Source: Clostridia bacterium
GTDB taxonomy: Bacteria; Bacillota; Clostridia; UMGS1883; UMGS1540
NCBI GenBank assembly: GCA_045592445.1
Contig: JAZNUV010000004.1
Location: 1-59,429, forward strand
Direction: 5' to 3'
DNA: 59,429 bases
Position numbers and translations under genes: made by a program. Position 1 is the stretch's first letter. Each line of letters opens with the position of its first letter. Positions 28,085 through 37,763 of the stretch are shown here, piece by piece. Under the pieces are notes generated by a model, which saw only the letters and a program-made list of their open reading frames with translations, had not been told where the DNA came from and searched no databases.

Positions 28085-28465
28085 TTATTCTTCTTCCTTT
28101 TTCTTTTTCATGTAACCTGCGAGCTTTTCAATGGCAACAGGAATGTAATCTACCAGTTTGTCAGGGCCGCTTTTTTCTATCGGTAAAAGCTGCACCTCGC
28201 CACCGCTTACGACCAAAAATCCGACTGGGTTTATGGATACGCCGCCTCCCGTGCCTCCACCAAAGGATGAATTTTGACCATCTGTCGTTTTCACCTTGGC
28301 GCCAAATTCCGTGCCGCCTGCCCCAAAACCGAAACTTACGCGTGAAATCGGAATCAACACAGTTCCGTCAGACGTTTCTACGGGTTCCCCGATAATTGTG
28401 TTTACGTCTACCATCTCTTTAATGCTGTTCATTGCTGTTGCAACCAGTTCTGCGATTGGTGTCAT
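28085..28465 (-). CDS. ytfJ: GerW/YtfJ family sporulation protein
   Basis: EMVDVNTIIGEP, IPISRVSFGFGAGG and FGGGTGGGVSINPVGFL motifs. Confidence 0.92.
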   Translation of the reverse strand: MTPIAELVATAMNSIKEMVDVNTIIGEPVETSDGTVLIPISRVSFGFGAGGTEFGAKVKTTDGQNSSFGGGTGGGVSINPVGFLVVSGGEVQLLPIEKSGPDKLVDYIPVAIEKLAGYMKKKKEEE

Positions 28466-29007
28466 TTTGCATCTTCCTTTCGTATTTTAATTATAAGACC
28501 GAATAAATGCCAGATTCGCAATGAAAAAGTACCTTTAAATTCTATATCAAAACCCATGCCGTTATACACAGGTTCAATAGATATTGCTTGTTTTTTGAGA
28601 ATAAACTGCCTGTCCATCATGCCTAAGAGCTGATACAAAAATGCATATGCTGCACCAACAGCAATGCCTGTATCCGCCGCGTCGCCCATTCCCATACGAA
28701 TCGCAACAGAAAAGAAATTGACTGTTAGTTTCTTTTTCAGATAACAAGCCGCATCATATACGCGCTGAAACATTTTTTTAACATCATGAAATGTCACCTT
28801 ATTTTGTTTGGGTGCACATGTTTCTTCCTCGTTCTTCGTTTTTTTTCGAAATGCACGCGTTATTGGAATTCGGATTCCGAATATCCCCACCGTAACGGAT
28901 TCCTTTTTTTCCGTTCCGATATATCGAAATTCGATTGCCACACGAACATGTGTGCACAGAAGCAAAATCAAAAAAAGTAGGACTGCCGCTACAATCAGAC
29001 CAACCAT
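28462..29007 (-). CDS. DUF2953/YtfI-like membrane-anchored protein
   Basis: N-terminal TM; GMGDAADTGIAVG motif; conserved position before ytfJ. Confidence 0.8.
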   Translation of the reverse strand: MVGLIVAAVLLFLILLLCTHVRVAIEFRYIGTEKKESVTVGIFGIRIPITRAFRKKTKNEEETCAPKQNKVTFHDVKKMFQRVYDAACYLKKKLTVNFFSVAIRMGMGDAADTGIAVGAAYAFLYQLLGMMDRQFILKKQAISIEPVYNGMGFDIEFKGTFSLRIWHLFGLIIKIRKEDAK

Positions 29008-29031
29008 ATTTTCTCCTTCTTATTTTGCGCG

Positions 29032-29061
29032 TAGTATGTGTAAAATCAAGGTTTTTTATAC
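29032..29061 (-). promoter_or_regulatory. Forespore sigmaG(/F) promoter for ytfI-ytfJ
   Basis: GTATA-N18-CATACTA, matching the sigmaG consensus; overlaps the scpB stop. Confidence 0.7.
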
Positions 29062-29577
29062 ATTTTCCTCTTCAGAAGACATGTCCACCCTGGGCAAGGC
29101 ATCAATAGATGAAAGGCCAAAACACCGTAGAAATTCCTCTGTTGTACCATACAAAATCGGTCTCCCCGGTGCTTCAAGCCTACCCGTTTCTTCAATCAGG
29201 CCGCGTTCTATCAGCTTTGAAACGGAATAATCACTATCCACACCACGTATCATCTCTATTCGGCTTTTTGTAATCGGTTGATGATAGGCAATTACGGAAA
29301 GTGTCTCTAATGCAGATACGCTAAGACCGCGTTTTCGCTTCGGCTCCGTCACTGCACGTACTGCATCTGCATATGTTTCACGCGAACACATTTGAAACGC
29401 ATCGCCGATCTCTATAATTTTAATCCCACGTTCTTCCGCGTCATACTTTGCTGCTAATGCCAGGACAGTTTCTCTCGCAGCGGCAATGTCAATTGAAAGT
29501 GCCGCACTCATTTCCGCCACCGTGACGGACTCCCCTGCCCCGAACAGGACTGCCTCCGCCATGCATTGCTTGTCCAT
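29056..29577 (-). CDS. scpB: SMC-Scp complex subunit ScpB
   Basis: EAVLF, LETLSVIAYHQPITK..IEMIRGV and PGRPILYGTTEEFL motifs. Confidence 0.95.
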   Translation of the reverse strand: MDKQCMAEAVLFGAGESVTVAEMSAALSIDIAAARETVLALAAKYDAEERGIKIIEIGDAFQMCSRETYADAVRAVTEPKRKRGLSVSALETLSVIAYHQPITKSRIEMIRGVDSDYSVSKLIERGLIEETGRLEAPGRPILYGTTEEFLRCFGLSSIDALPRVDMSSEEENV

Positions 29578-30296
29578 TATTCTTCGCCTCCAATGAGGAA
29601 AATCTCCTCATTTTGCTCCTCAATCAATAGTTTTCCACGACTTACAAGGTGCAAAACCGCTAAAAAAGTGGCTATTACCTCGTTTTTATATCGCATACCC
29701 TCAAATATTTCAGAAAACACACATCTTCTCTTTTTCCGAAACATACGACTTACGTATTGAATTTGTTCCCCTAGCGAAACGTGCGGCACATGTACAATCT
29801 CACGAAAAGCCGTAATGGGCGGAGGTGCATTATCCTCGAGTCTTGCACACACGCGCAAAAATGCATTGTATAGTGTTTCTATCGGCATTTGGGCGTTTTC
29901 TAACGGTACCTTTGAAAGTGCCTCAGGTGTCTTGAAGTAATTATCTATGGTTGCGAATTGCATCGTATCAAGCTTTTCCGCCACCATCTTGATCTCACGG
30001 TAAAGACGCAAGCGTTCCGCAAGTTCCTCCCGCGGGTCCTCCTCCTCTTCAGCCTCGACCCTGGGCAAAAGCGAACGCGATTTTATATAGAGAAGGTGTG
30101 ATGCCATTGTCAAAAAATCACCTGTAACCTCCATATCCATTCTTTCCATCTCTTCGATATACGCGATATATTGTGCGGTAATCTCAGCAATTGGAATATC
30201 AGCAAGGTCAATTTTATGCTTTTGCACTAAATGTAAAAGCAAATCCAAGGGGCCTTCAAATATAGGCAATTTAAAAGAGGGAGTATCCATATTCAC
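29577..30296 (-). CDS. scpA: Segregation/condensation protein A
   Basis: FEGPLDLLLHL, IKSRSLLP and TFLAVLHL motifs. Confidence 0.95.
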   Translation of the reverse strand: MNMDTPSFKLPIFEGPLDLLLHLVQKHKIDLADIPIAEITAQYIAYIEEMERMDMEVTGDFLTMASHLLYIKSRSLLPRVEAEEEEDPREELAERLRLYREIKMVAEKLDTMQFATIDNYFKTPEALSKVPLENAQMPIETLYNAFLRVCARLEDNAPPPITAFREIVHVPHVSLGEQIQYVSRMFRKKRRCVFSEIFEGMRYKNEVIATFLAVLHLVSRGKLLIEEQNEEIFLIGGEE

Positions 30297-30949
30297 ACCC
30301 CGACGATCGCAGTTATAACGCGAAACAAACCCTTTACAACGTGCCCCGTCATAATCGAAAACGGTCTGTCCAATACGCCGAAAAAGAGTAAAATCATCAG
30401 TATAGGCATTGCAAATCGTTCATATTCCATAAGCTTGTAATACCATTTATTCGGTAGAAAATAAGCCAAAATCTTAGAACCATCCAATGGCGGAAAGGGA
30501 ATTAAATTAAAAATGCCGAGCCCCACATTCAGAAGCATAGCGCTCCATAAAAATTCATTAAAAAACAGGGAAATTGTGTTTGGTTCAATCCCACCTTGGA
30601 ATGCCATTTTATATAACACGCCATAGAAAACTGCAAACACAAAAGCCATTAAAAAATTTGAAACGGGCCCCGCAAGCCCAACAAGGCTCATCCCACCCTT
30701 TGGATTTTTAAAATACTGCGGGTTTACAGGCACGGGTGACGCCCACCCAAAGCCAAAAAGGACCATACAGATTGTACCCATAAGATCCATGTGGCGTATC
30801 GGATTCAGTGATAGTCTGCCGCTATATTTCGCCGTTTTATCACCTAACAGATACGCCGCATAACCGTGTGCACATTCATGGACTGAAATTGCCAAGAGCA
30901 CCGCAGGTATGCGCAGGATAATTTCTCTCAAGCTCGTTCCGAAAAGCAT
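30293..30949 (-). CDS. Site-2 protease (M50 family)
   Basis: HECAH (HExxH), AGPVSN and NLIPFPPLDG motifs. Confidence 0.9.
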   Translation of the reverse strand: MLFGTSLREIILRIPAVLLAISVHECAHGYAAYLLGDKTAKYSGRLSLNPIRHMDLMGTICMVLFGFGWASPVPVNPQYFKNPKGGMSLVGLAGPVSNFLMAFVFAVFYGVLYKMAFQGGIEPNTISLFFNEFLWSAMLLNVGLGIFNLIPFPPLDGSKILAYFLPNKWYYKLMEYERFAMPILMILLFFGVLDRPFSIMTGHVVKGLFRVITAIVGV

Positions 30950-30957
30950 CTTATCAC

Positions 30958-32241
30958 CTACACATCATTTCTTGCCACATCGGCATATGTTTCCCTTTTT
31001 ACAATTAGACGTGCCTCCCCATTCTCTGCCATTACAACCGCCGGACGTGGCAAACGGTTATAATTACTACTCATTGAATAGTTGTAGGCACCTGTGGAGA
31101 GTACGGCTAAAAGATCTCCGCGTCTTAGAGACGGAAGCATAATATCTTTTATTAAAATATCACCGGATTCACAACATTTGCCGCAAATGGTAACCTTTTC
31201 ACTACAAGGCTCCATCGGGCGAAGCGGCAGCACTGCATCATACTGTGCTTCATACATAATGTAACGCGGATTATCCGCCATACCGCCATCTACAGCGACA
31301 TATTTCCGAATGCCCGGTACATTCTTAACAGCACCGACCGTATAGAGTGTAGCACCCGCATCCCCCACAACGGAACGACCCGGTTCTACCAACAAAAACG
31401 GAATCGGTACATTATATTTTTTACAGGCAGCACATACTGCGTCTGCCGTTTCCTGCATGGCCTCTTTAATCGGGCGTGGTGTATCCGCCTCTGTATACCG
31501 AATACCGTAGCCGCCGCCTAAATTCAGTTCTTCAAGATAACGCCCCGTTTTATTGTATACCGCTTGCATTAGCTCGACCATAAGGTCTGCCGCCACCGTA
31601 AAAGGTGTACTTTCAAATATCTGTGAGCCGATATGGCAATGTATACCGACAAGATTTATCCCTTTCCATTCTTTTGTTAAAACGCGCAATGCATCTCCGT
31701 TTTTGAGGCTGACGCCAAACTTGGAGTCCTCCTGCCCTGTTTTTACAAAATCATGTGTATGTGCTTCAATTCCCGGCTTTATACGCAGTAAAATCTTTGC
31801 GGAAATCTCCCTTTCTGTCGCCATTTCTTCCAGAATTGAAAGTTCCTCCTCGCTATCCGCCACAATTCTGCCCACACCAGTTTCCACCGCGTACAAAAGT
31901 TCTGCCTCACTTTTATTGTTCCCATGAAAACAAATTTTTTCCGCAGGCATGCCTGCAGAAAGCGCAGTATAAAGCTCTCCGCCCGAAACAACATCGACAC
32001 CGAGACCTTCTTTTTGCGCAATTCTGTAAATCTCCTTTGCAGAAAATGCCTTGGATGCATATAAGGCAAGTCCGCCCGACGGCATCTGATCCATCACAGA
32101 TTTATAAGCACGCATGTTTTCTTTGATAATATCCGCATCCATAATATATAAGGGCGTACCGAACTCACTCGCCAACGCATCAAACGCCACGCCGCCGATT
32201 GTCAGTACACCCTGTGCATTCATACTCACCGTATCCGCCAT
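30958..32241 (-). CDS. lysA: Diaminopimelate decarboxylase
   Basis: YASKA, HCHIGSQ, EPGRS, CCESGD and GAYNYSMSSNYN motifs. Confidence 0.95.
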   Translation of the reverse strand: MADTVSMNAQGVLTIGGVAFDALASEFGTPLYIMDADIIKENMRAYKSVMDQMPSGGLALYASKAFSAKEIYRIAQKEGLGVDVVSGGELYTALSAGMPAEKICFHGNNKSEAELLYAVETGVGRIVADSEEELSILEEMATEREISAKILLRIKPGIEAHTHDFVKTGQEDSKFGVSLKNGDALRVLTKEWKGINLVGIHCHIGSQIFESTPFTVAADLMVELMQAVYNKTGRYLEELNLGGGYGIRYTEADTPRPIKEAMQETADAVCAACKKYNVPIPFLLVEPGRSVVGDAGATLYTVGAVKNVPGIRKYVAVDGGMADNPRYIMYEAQYDAVLPLRPMEPCSEKVTICGKCCESGDILIKDIMLPSLRRGDLLAVLSTGAYNYSMSSNYNRLPRPAVVMAENGEARLIVKRETYADVARNDV

Positions 32242-32299
32242 ACAAACCTCCGCCTTTTATCTTTTTATTTAGTATATCACAAAGGTTTGTATTTGTAAA
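32240..32299 (-). promoter_or_regulatory. sigmaA promoter of lysA whose spacer is complementary to the RBS and start codon
   Basis: TTTACA(32294-99)-N17-TATACT(32271-76) with TG; ATACAAACCT (32240-49) / AGGTTTGTAT (32283-92) perfect 10-bp inverted repeat. Confidence 0.75.
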
Positions 32300-32302
32300 G
32301 CC

Positions 32303-32473
32303 TTATTTTTCTATAATTGTATCAATTATACTCCCCAATGTTCGAAAGGCTTTTCCCGCACCTTTCTTCATTGCGCGGCTTTGTTTATCCTTAATCGGGT
32401 CCGCTATCATGCCGATTGCCGCACCCATTACCATTCCTGATAAAAGGCCTGCCATAAAACACGTTTTGTTCAT
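32303..32473 (-). CDS. Small YtxH-like membrane protein, 56 aa (not in ORF track)
   Basis: Manual translation MNKTCFMAGLLSGMVMGAAIGMIADPIKDKQSRAMKKGAGKAFRTLGSIIDTIIEK; GAGGTG RBS; Gly-zipper N-terminal helix. Confidence 0.75.
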   Translation of the reverse strand: MNKTCFMAGLLSGMVMGAAIGMIADPIKDKQSRAMKKGAGKAFRTLGSIIDTIIEK

Positions 32474-32489
32474 TCCGATTCACCTCACT

Positions 32490-33167
32490 TCAATTGCAAA
32501 ATACATGCTTCCCAATGGTCGTAACAACCGGCCTTGTTCGTATCCATCCATTTGTTGCAGTACGCGGATTGTAGTAGTAAATCGCACCGCCGGCGGGATC
32601 CCATCCGTTTAAGGCATCCTTTGCCGCACGAATGCAGCTTTCCTCCATCTGTGCGTGGATTTGCCCATCAAATACTGCCGTAAAAGCGCCCGGTTGATAG
32701 ACAACACCTGCGATTGTGTTAGGGAACGAGGCATGACGCACACGGTTCATGATGACCGCACCGACTGCCACCTGCCCCGTGTACGGCTCTCCTCTTGCTT
32801 CCCCGTTAATGGCACGCGCCAATAAATTCACATTACTTTCGTATGAGGAAGAACCACTACCCCCCGATGAAGTGCTTTCCCCTGTCGGCAACCCTAATTT
32901 TGCAAGTGTTGCCGCACCCGCAATGCCATCAGCCGTAAGTCCATGTTTTCTTTGAAAACGTTTCACTGCTTCAGCCGTTCTCCATCCATAAACACCGTCT
33001 ACTTCACCGTTGTAATAGCCCCAGGATAAAAGTCTTTGCTGTATTTTATATACTTCTTCACCCCTTGAGCCATACTTTGACAACGTTTCTTCGACTGTTG
33101 GCGTAAACACAACATAAAGGCAAACGAAAACAGTACATATGAGCATACTAATTTCTCTTTTTTTCAT
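32490..33167 (-). CDS. sleB: Spore cortex-lytic enzyme SleB
   Basis: Signal peptide, PG-binding-1 domain, Ser/Gly linker, Hydrolase_2 LLARAINGEARGEPY..GQVAVGAVIMNR..FPNTI..VYQPGAF. Confidence 0.93.
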   Translation of the reverse strand: MKKREISMLICTVFVCLYVVFTPTVEETLSKYGSRGEEVYKIQQRLLSWGYYNGEVDGVYGWRTAEAVKRFQRKHGLTADGIAGAATLAKLGLPTGESTSSGGSGSSSYESNVNLLARAINGEARGEPYTGQVAVGAVIMNRVRHASFPNTIAGVVYQPGAFTAVFDGQIHAQMEESCIRAAKDALNGWDPAGGAIYYYNPRTATNGWIRTRPVVTTIGKHVFCN

Positions 33168-33172
33168 AATTC

Positions 33173-33240
33173 CTCCATATACAAAAGCCGCAATAGTAAA
33201 TATTACGGCTTTAGTTTTCTTTTATATGGAGTTTTTATTC
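33173..33240 (-). promoter_or_regulatory. Putative sigmaG promoter of sleB within nested inverted repeats covering the RBS
   Basis: GAATA(33236-40)-N17-AAAACTA(33212-18); outer arms CTCCATATA/TATATGGAG; inner 12-bp stem 33184-33212. Confidence 0.6.
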
Positions 33241-33254
33241 GTCTTTTTCAGATT

Positions 33255-34376
33255 TTAATTTTTTTTTGCAAAAAAATCTTGTATGGCATCCACAATTCGT
33301 TTGGACGCATTGCCATCCCCGTAAGGATTGACTGCCTTCGCCATTTTTTCATAAGCGGACTTATCACAAAGAAGCTCTTTTGCCATTTGATAGATGGTTT
33401 CTTCTTCAATGCCTGCAAGTTTTACTGTACCCGCTTCCACTGCTTCAGGACGTTCTGTTTCTGTTCTGAGAACAAGTACGGGTTTTCCGAGCGAAGGTGC
33501 TTCCTCCTGCAAGCCGCCTGAATCCGTCATAATCATATACGAGCGATGCATAGCATTATGCAGTTCCTGCACATCTAGCGGTTCTATCAGATGCACACGT
33601 TCCACATTACCCAGTACTTCGTTCGCAACACGACGCACCGCAGGATTCAGATGCATAGGATATACAATCTCTACATCCGAAAATTCTTTCGCAATGCGAC
33701 GCACGGCACGCATAATATTGTACATCGGCTCACCCTGATTTTCGCGTCGATGTGCCGTCAGCAAAATAACGCGTTTTTCCGTCCACGGCATCGACATAAG
33801 CGTTTTATCTTTAAATTTGTATCCATCCTTTACTGTTGTTTTCAAGGCGTCAATGACCGTATTCCCCGTGATAAAAATTTTACTGTCACAGACATTCTCA
33901 CGCAGGAGATTTTGCCGATTGGTTTCCGTGGGTGAAAAATGAAGGTCGGAAAGCACACCCGTCAAACGACGATTGATTTCCTCGGGGAATGGAGACCATT
34001 TGTCAAACGTACGAAGTCCCGCCTCAACATGGCCGACTGCAATTCCGCTGTAAAAAGCTGCCAGGGCACCCGCAAAAGTCGTCGTCGTATCGCCATGTAC
34101 CAGCACAATGTCAGGCTTTTCTTTTTGAAAGATCTCGCACAAGCCTTCCATAACACGTTTTGTTATATCTGAAAGCGTCTGCCCTGCCTTCATAATATCC
34201 AAATCAAAATCGGGCGTAATACCAAAAATTTCAAGCACCTGGTCAAGCATCTGCCGATGCTGCGCCGTCACGCACACCTTACTTTCAATATTTTTTGCCG
34301 CCGCAAGTTCAAGCACCAAGGGTGCCATTTTAATAGCTTCGGGTCTTGTCCCGAAGACCGAAAACGCTTTAATCAT
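33255..34376 (-). CDS. wecB: UDP-N-acetylglucosamine 2-epimerase (non-hydrolysing)
   Basis: FGTRPEAIKMAP, HGDT, HVEAGLR, TAHRREN and TDSGGLQEEAP motifs. Confidence 0.95.
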   Translation of the reverse strand: MIKAFSVFGTRPEAIKMAPLVLELAAAKNIESKVCVTAQHRQMLDQVLEIFGITPDFDLDIMKAGQTLSDITKRVMEGLCEIFQKEKPDIVLVHGDTTTTFAGALAAFYSGIAVGHVEAGLRTFDKWSPFPEEINRRLTGVLSDLHFSPTETNRQNLLRENVCDSKIFITGNTVIDALKTTVKDGYKFKDKTLMSMPWTEKRVILLTAHRRENQGEPMYNIMRAVRRIAKEFSDVEIVYPMHLNPAVRRVANEVLGNVERVHLIEPLDVQELHNAMHRSYMIMTDSGGLQEEAPSLGKPVLVLRTETERPEAVEAGTVKLAGIEEETIYQMAKELLCDKSAYEKMAKAVNPYGDGNASKRIVDAIQDFFAKKN

Positions 34377-34380
34377 GCAA

Positions 34381-35448
34381 TTATTCTCCTTTTTCATCAT
34401 CAAAAGGTGTCTTTTCTGTTGTATTCGATTTCATACCCATCGCACGTGCCGCTATAACAGCCGCCAAAATCACACCAATAATCAGAAGTATTGCCTTAAA
34501 TACACCGTTTGTAACGAGTACCACAGCGCAAAGTCCGAGCACTGTACACATCAGATAAATGATACTGACCGTCTTTTTTTGTGAAAAGCCCATATCAAGC
34601 ACTTTGTGATGCAAATGTTCTCTGTCCGGGCTCATGATCGGCTTGCCCGCCGCCATACGACGAACAATAGCAAACCCCGTATCAAAAAGCGGTAATCCAA
34701 GTACCAGGAACGGAACAGCAAAGCTTATAACGGCATAGCTTTTAAAAAGTCCCATAATCGAAACGCATGCCAAAACAAAGCCCAAAAAGGTTGAACCCGT
34801 GTCCCCCATGAAAATTTTTGCAGGATTAAAGTTATATGGCAAAAATCCAAAACAAGCACCTGCCAAAGCCGCTGTTATCAGTGCAACTTCTTGCTCTCCC
34901 ACAATCAGTGCGATACAAAAAAGAGACATACAAGCGATGGAGCTGACGCCTGCTGCCAGGCCATCAAGCCCGTCAATTAAATTCACGGCATTGGTAACGC
35001 CGACTACCCAAAGAATCGTAAGCGGAATTCCCCAAAAGCCCAAACTGATTACGCCGCTATCTTTAATAAACTGCGGTACAGAAATAACATCAATCTGTAT
35101 ATCATGCAGAATCAGTATGAGCGCTGCCAATATCTGAAAGGGCAATTTTACTTTCGCGCTCAGTTGTTTAGCATCGTCCACAATGCCAACAATTAAAATT
35201 ACAAGTGCACCCAGCACCATGCCACGTATGCTCTTATCAACCGGCGAAAAAAGCATAACGCTGACAATAAAGCCGTAAAACATTGCCAATCCGCCAAGAA
35301 GTGGCGTTGCCTTTTTATGCACACGCCGTGCTTCATCAGGCTTATCCACAATATCCGCTCTTGTCGCAATTCGTTTTATAAACGGCGTTGTGATAAAGGC
35401 AATAATAAAACTGACCGCAAACCCTAAAAGAAGATGCATTCTGTCCAT
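34381..35448 (-). CDS. Undecaprenyl-phosphate GlcNAc-1-phosphate transferase (TagO/WecA, MraY family)
   Basis: GIVDD, NAVNLIDGLDGLA, IFMGDTGS and DREHLHH motifs. Confidence 0.9.
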   Translation of the reverse strand: MDRMHLLLGFAVSFIIAFITTPFIKRIATRADIVDKPDEARRVHKKATPLLGGLAMFYGFIVSVMLFSPVDKSIRGMVLGALVILIVGIVDDAKQLSAKVKLPFQILAALILILHDIQIDVISVPQFIKDSGVISLGFWGIPLTILWVVGVTNAVNLIDGLDGLAAGVSSIACMSLFCIALIVGEQEVALITAALAGACFGFLPYNFNPAKIFMGDTGSTFLGFVLACVSIMGLFKSYAVISFAVPFLVLGLPLFDTGFAIVRRMAAGKPIMSPDREHLHHKVLDMGFSQKKTVSIIYLMCTVLGLCAVVLVTNGVFKAILLIIGVILAAVIAARAMGMKSNTTEKTPFDDEKGE

Positions 35449-35496
35449 AAACGCTCATTCCTTTCTTTCTGTATCTATACACCATGAAGGTTTATC

Positions 35497-36495
35497 TTAT
35501 CTGGCTACAAATCCTATCTTTTCATGTACCTTCTGCAGTGTTTTTTCTGCAATTTGACTTGCGCGTGATGCGCCATCCTTATAAAGTTGTTCCAAATAAG
35601 CCATATCGCCTGAAAGTGCTGCATATTTTTCCCGAACAGGGCGAAGTTCCTCAATAACGGCCTCCGCGACTTCCTTTTTCAATGTGCCATAGCCCTGCCC
35701 TGCAAATGTTTCTGCCGCTTCTTCCGGCTTTTGGCCCGTTACCGCTCCGTATATCGAAAGAAGATTATTGACACCGTGCTTTCCTTCGCGGTAAGCAATT
35801 TCCCCCTCCGAGTCCGTTACAGCGCGTTTTATTTTTTTCACAATGACCTCAGGTGTGTCCAAAACCCAAATGTATCCATTCGGATTCGGGTCGCTCTTAC
35901 TCATTTTGCTTGTCGGGTCCTGCAAGCTCATAATGCGTGCGCCGACGGGTGCAAAGTATCCGTCCGGCACCGTAAAGGTGTCTGCACCGTACACGCCATT
36001 CATACGAATAGCAATATCCCTGGCAAGCTCCAAGTGTTGCTTTTGATCGTCCCCAACGGGTACCAAATCAGATCCATACAGTAAGATGTCTGCCGCCATC
36101 AAAACGGGATATGTAAAAAGACCCGCATTGATATTATCCGCATGTTTTGCGGATTTATCTTTAAATTGTGTCATGCGTGAAAGCTCACCCATATAGGTGT
36201 AACAACTTAAAAGCCACGAAAGCTCTGCATGCTGTGGCACATGGGATTGAAAGAATACAATGCTCTTTTGAGGGTCAATGCCGCATGCAATGTACAGTGC
36301 TAAAAATTCAAGGCAACGTGCTCTCAGTTCCTTCGGGTCCTGCCGCACCGTAATCGAGTGCATATCGACCACGGAATAAATGCAGTTATATGTATCCTGC
36401 AACTTTACCCAATTTTTTAATGCACCGATATAATTACCAAGCGTTACACAGCCGGTGGGCTGTACCCCGCTGAATATCATTTTTTTATTTTCCAT
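35497..36495 (-). CDS. trpS: Tryptophan--tRNA ligase
   Basis: SGVQPTG, TLGN, YPVLMAADILLY, VPVGDDQKQHLE and KMSKS motifs. Confidence 0.96.
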   Translation of the reverse strand: MENKKMIFSGVQPTGCVTLGNYIGALKNWVKLQDTYNCIYSVVDMHSITVRQDPKELRARCLEFLALYIACGIDPQKSIVFFQSHVPQHAELSWLLSCYTYMGELSRMTQFKDKSAKHADNINAGLFTYPVLMAADILLYGSDLVPVGDDQKQHLELARDIAIRMNGVYGADTFTVPDGYFAPVGARIMSLQDPTSKMSKSDPNPNGYIWVLDTPEVIVKKIKRAVTDSEGEIAYREGKHGVNNLLSIYGAVTGQKPEEAAETFAGQGYGTLKKEVAEAVIEELRPVREKYAALSGDMAYLEQLYKDGASRASQIAEKTLQKVHEKIGFVAR

Positions 36496-36510
36496 TCTTC
36501 ATTCCACTCC

Positions 36511-37680
36511 TTAGTCGATTGCAAGAACCTTGCCTAACCGTTTAATTCCCTCGCGAATTTTTTCAGGTGCAGTCAGCGAGTAGTTAAGGCGCATATATCG
36601 CTTACCATCCGCAGGATTTACCATGCAGGAGGAGCCAGGCACAAATGCAACCTTTTCCGAAATCGCTGTCTTTAAAAGTGCATCCGTATCCGCACCCTCA
36701 GGCAATGTGCACCAGAGGAATATCCCGCCTTCCGGCGATGTAAAGGTACAGTTTTTCGGAAAATGTGCACGCATGGAATCCAGCATAACATTTGCACGTT
36801 CTCCGTACAGCTTTTTACTTTTCTGAATGTGTGCGTCAAAATCAAAGTTTTTAAAGAATTCATACGCCGCCATCTGCGTCAACACGGGCGTATGCACGTC
36901 AGAAACCTGTTTACATACAACCATTTTACCCATAATATCTTCTCTTGCAACTGCCCAGCCAAGCCGAAGTCCCGCAGAAAGAGTTTTTGAAAAGGAACCT
37001 GCATAAATAACGCGCCCTGCCGTATCTAAGGATTTTATTGTCGCAACCTCATCGCCCGAAAAGCGAAGCTCACCATAGGGGTTATCCTCCAAAATGTAGA
37101 AGTCATATTTCTCCGCCAATTCCAAGAGTCTAATGCGTTTTTTATGCGACATAGTAATTCCTGTCGGATTTTGGAAGGTTGCAATTGTGTAGACAAGCTT
37201 TACCTTTTCCTTCTTCAAAAGCGCTTCCAAAGCATCCGTATCAAGGCCGTCTTCCTGCACCTGTATCCCGACAAGGTTTGCGTTATATGAGCGCAGGGCG
37301 TTAAGCCCACCGATAAAGCTTGGCGATTCAACCACAACTGTATCCCCTTCGTTAATCAGGGATTTAAATGTCAAATCCAGCGCCTGTTGCCCGCCCGATG
37401 TTACAATCACGGTATCGTGTGCATGTATATTTCCAATTTTCTGCATTCGTGCTTCAATGTATTCCCGAAATGGCGTATACCCTTCCGTAACGCCATATTG
37501 AAGTGCTACCGCTGCATTCTCACAAAGCAATTTCTGCATAATTTCTCCGAGTTCTTGTCCCGGAAAAAGTTCCGGCGCAGGCGCCCCGCCTGCAAAGGAT
37601 ATAACCTCAGGATTAGCCAAAAGCTTAAACATTTCTCGTATTGCCGATCCACGTAAGCTTTCTACTCTATTTGCAAACAT
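36511..37680 (-). CDS. Class I/II PLP aminotransferase (LysN/aromatic aminotransferase-like)
   Basis: ISFAGGAP, FQNPTG, EDNPYGEL and SFSKTLSAGLRLGW motifs; start may lie up to 15 nt upstream. Confidence 0.85.
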   Translation of the reverse strand: MFANRVESLRGSAIREMFKLLANPEVISFAGGAPAPELFPGQELGEIMQKLLCENAAVALQYGVTEGYTPFREYIEARMQKIGNIHAHDTVIVTSGGQQALDLTFKSLINEGDTVVVESPSFIGGLNALRSYNANLVGIQVQEDGLDTDALEALLKKEKVKLVYTIATFQNPTGITMSHKKRIRLLELAEKYDFYILEDNPYGELRFSGDEVATIKSLDTAGRVIYAGSFSKTLSAGLRLGWAVAREDIMGKMVVCKQVSDVHTPVLTQMAAYEFFKNFDFDAHIQKSKKLYGERANVMLDSMRAHFPKNCTFTSPEGGIFLWCTLPEGADTDALLKTAISEKVAFVPGSSCMVNPADGKRYMRLNYSLTAPEKIREGIKRLGKVLAID

Positions 37681-37763
37681 ATGTTTCATCTCCAATATAT
37701 ACAGTATTTTTTTATTTTGAGATAGTATACCATAGAAACGAAAAAAAGTAAAGTTTTTTTGTC

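Noticed and set aside
32242-32302. Lysine riboswitch before lysA
   Set aside because: The promoter lies about 30 nt from the start codon, leaving no room.
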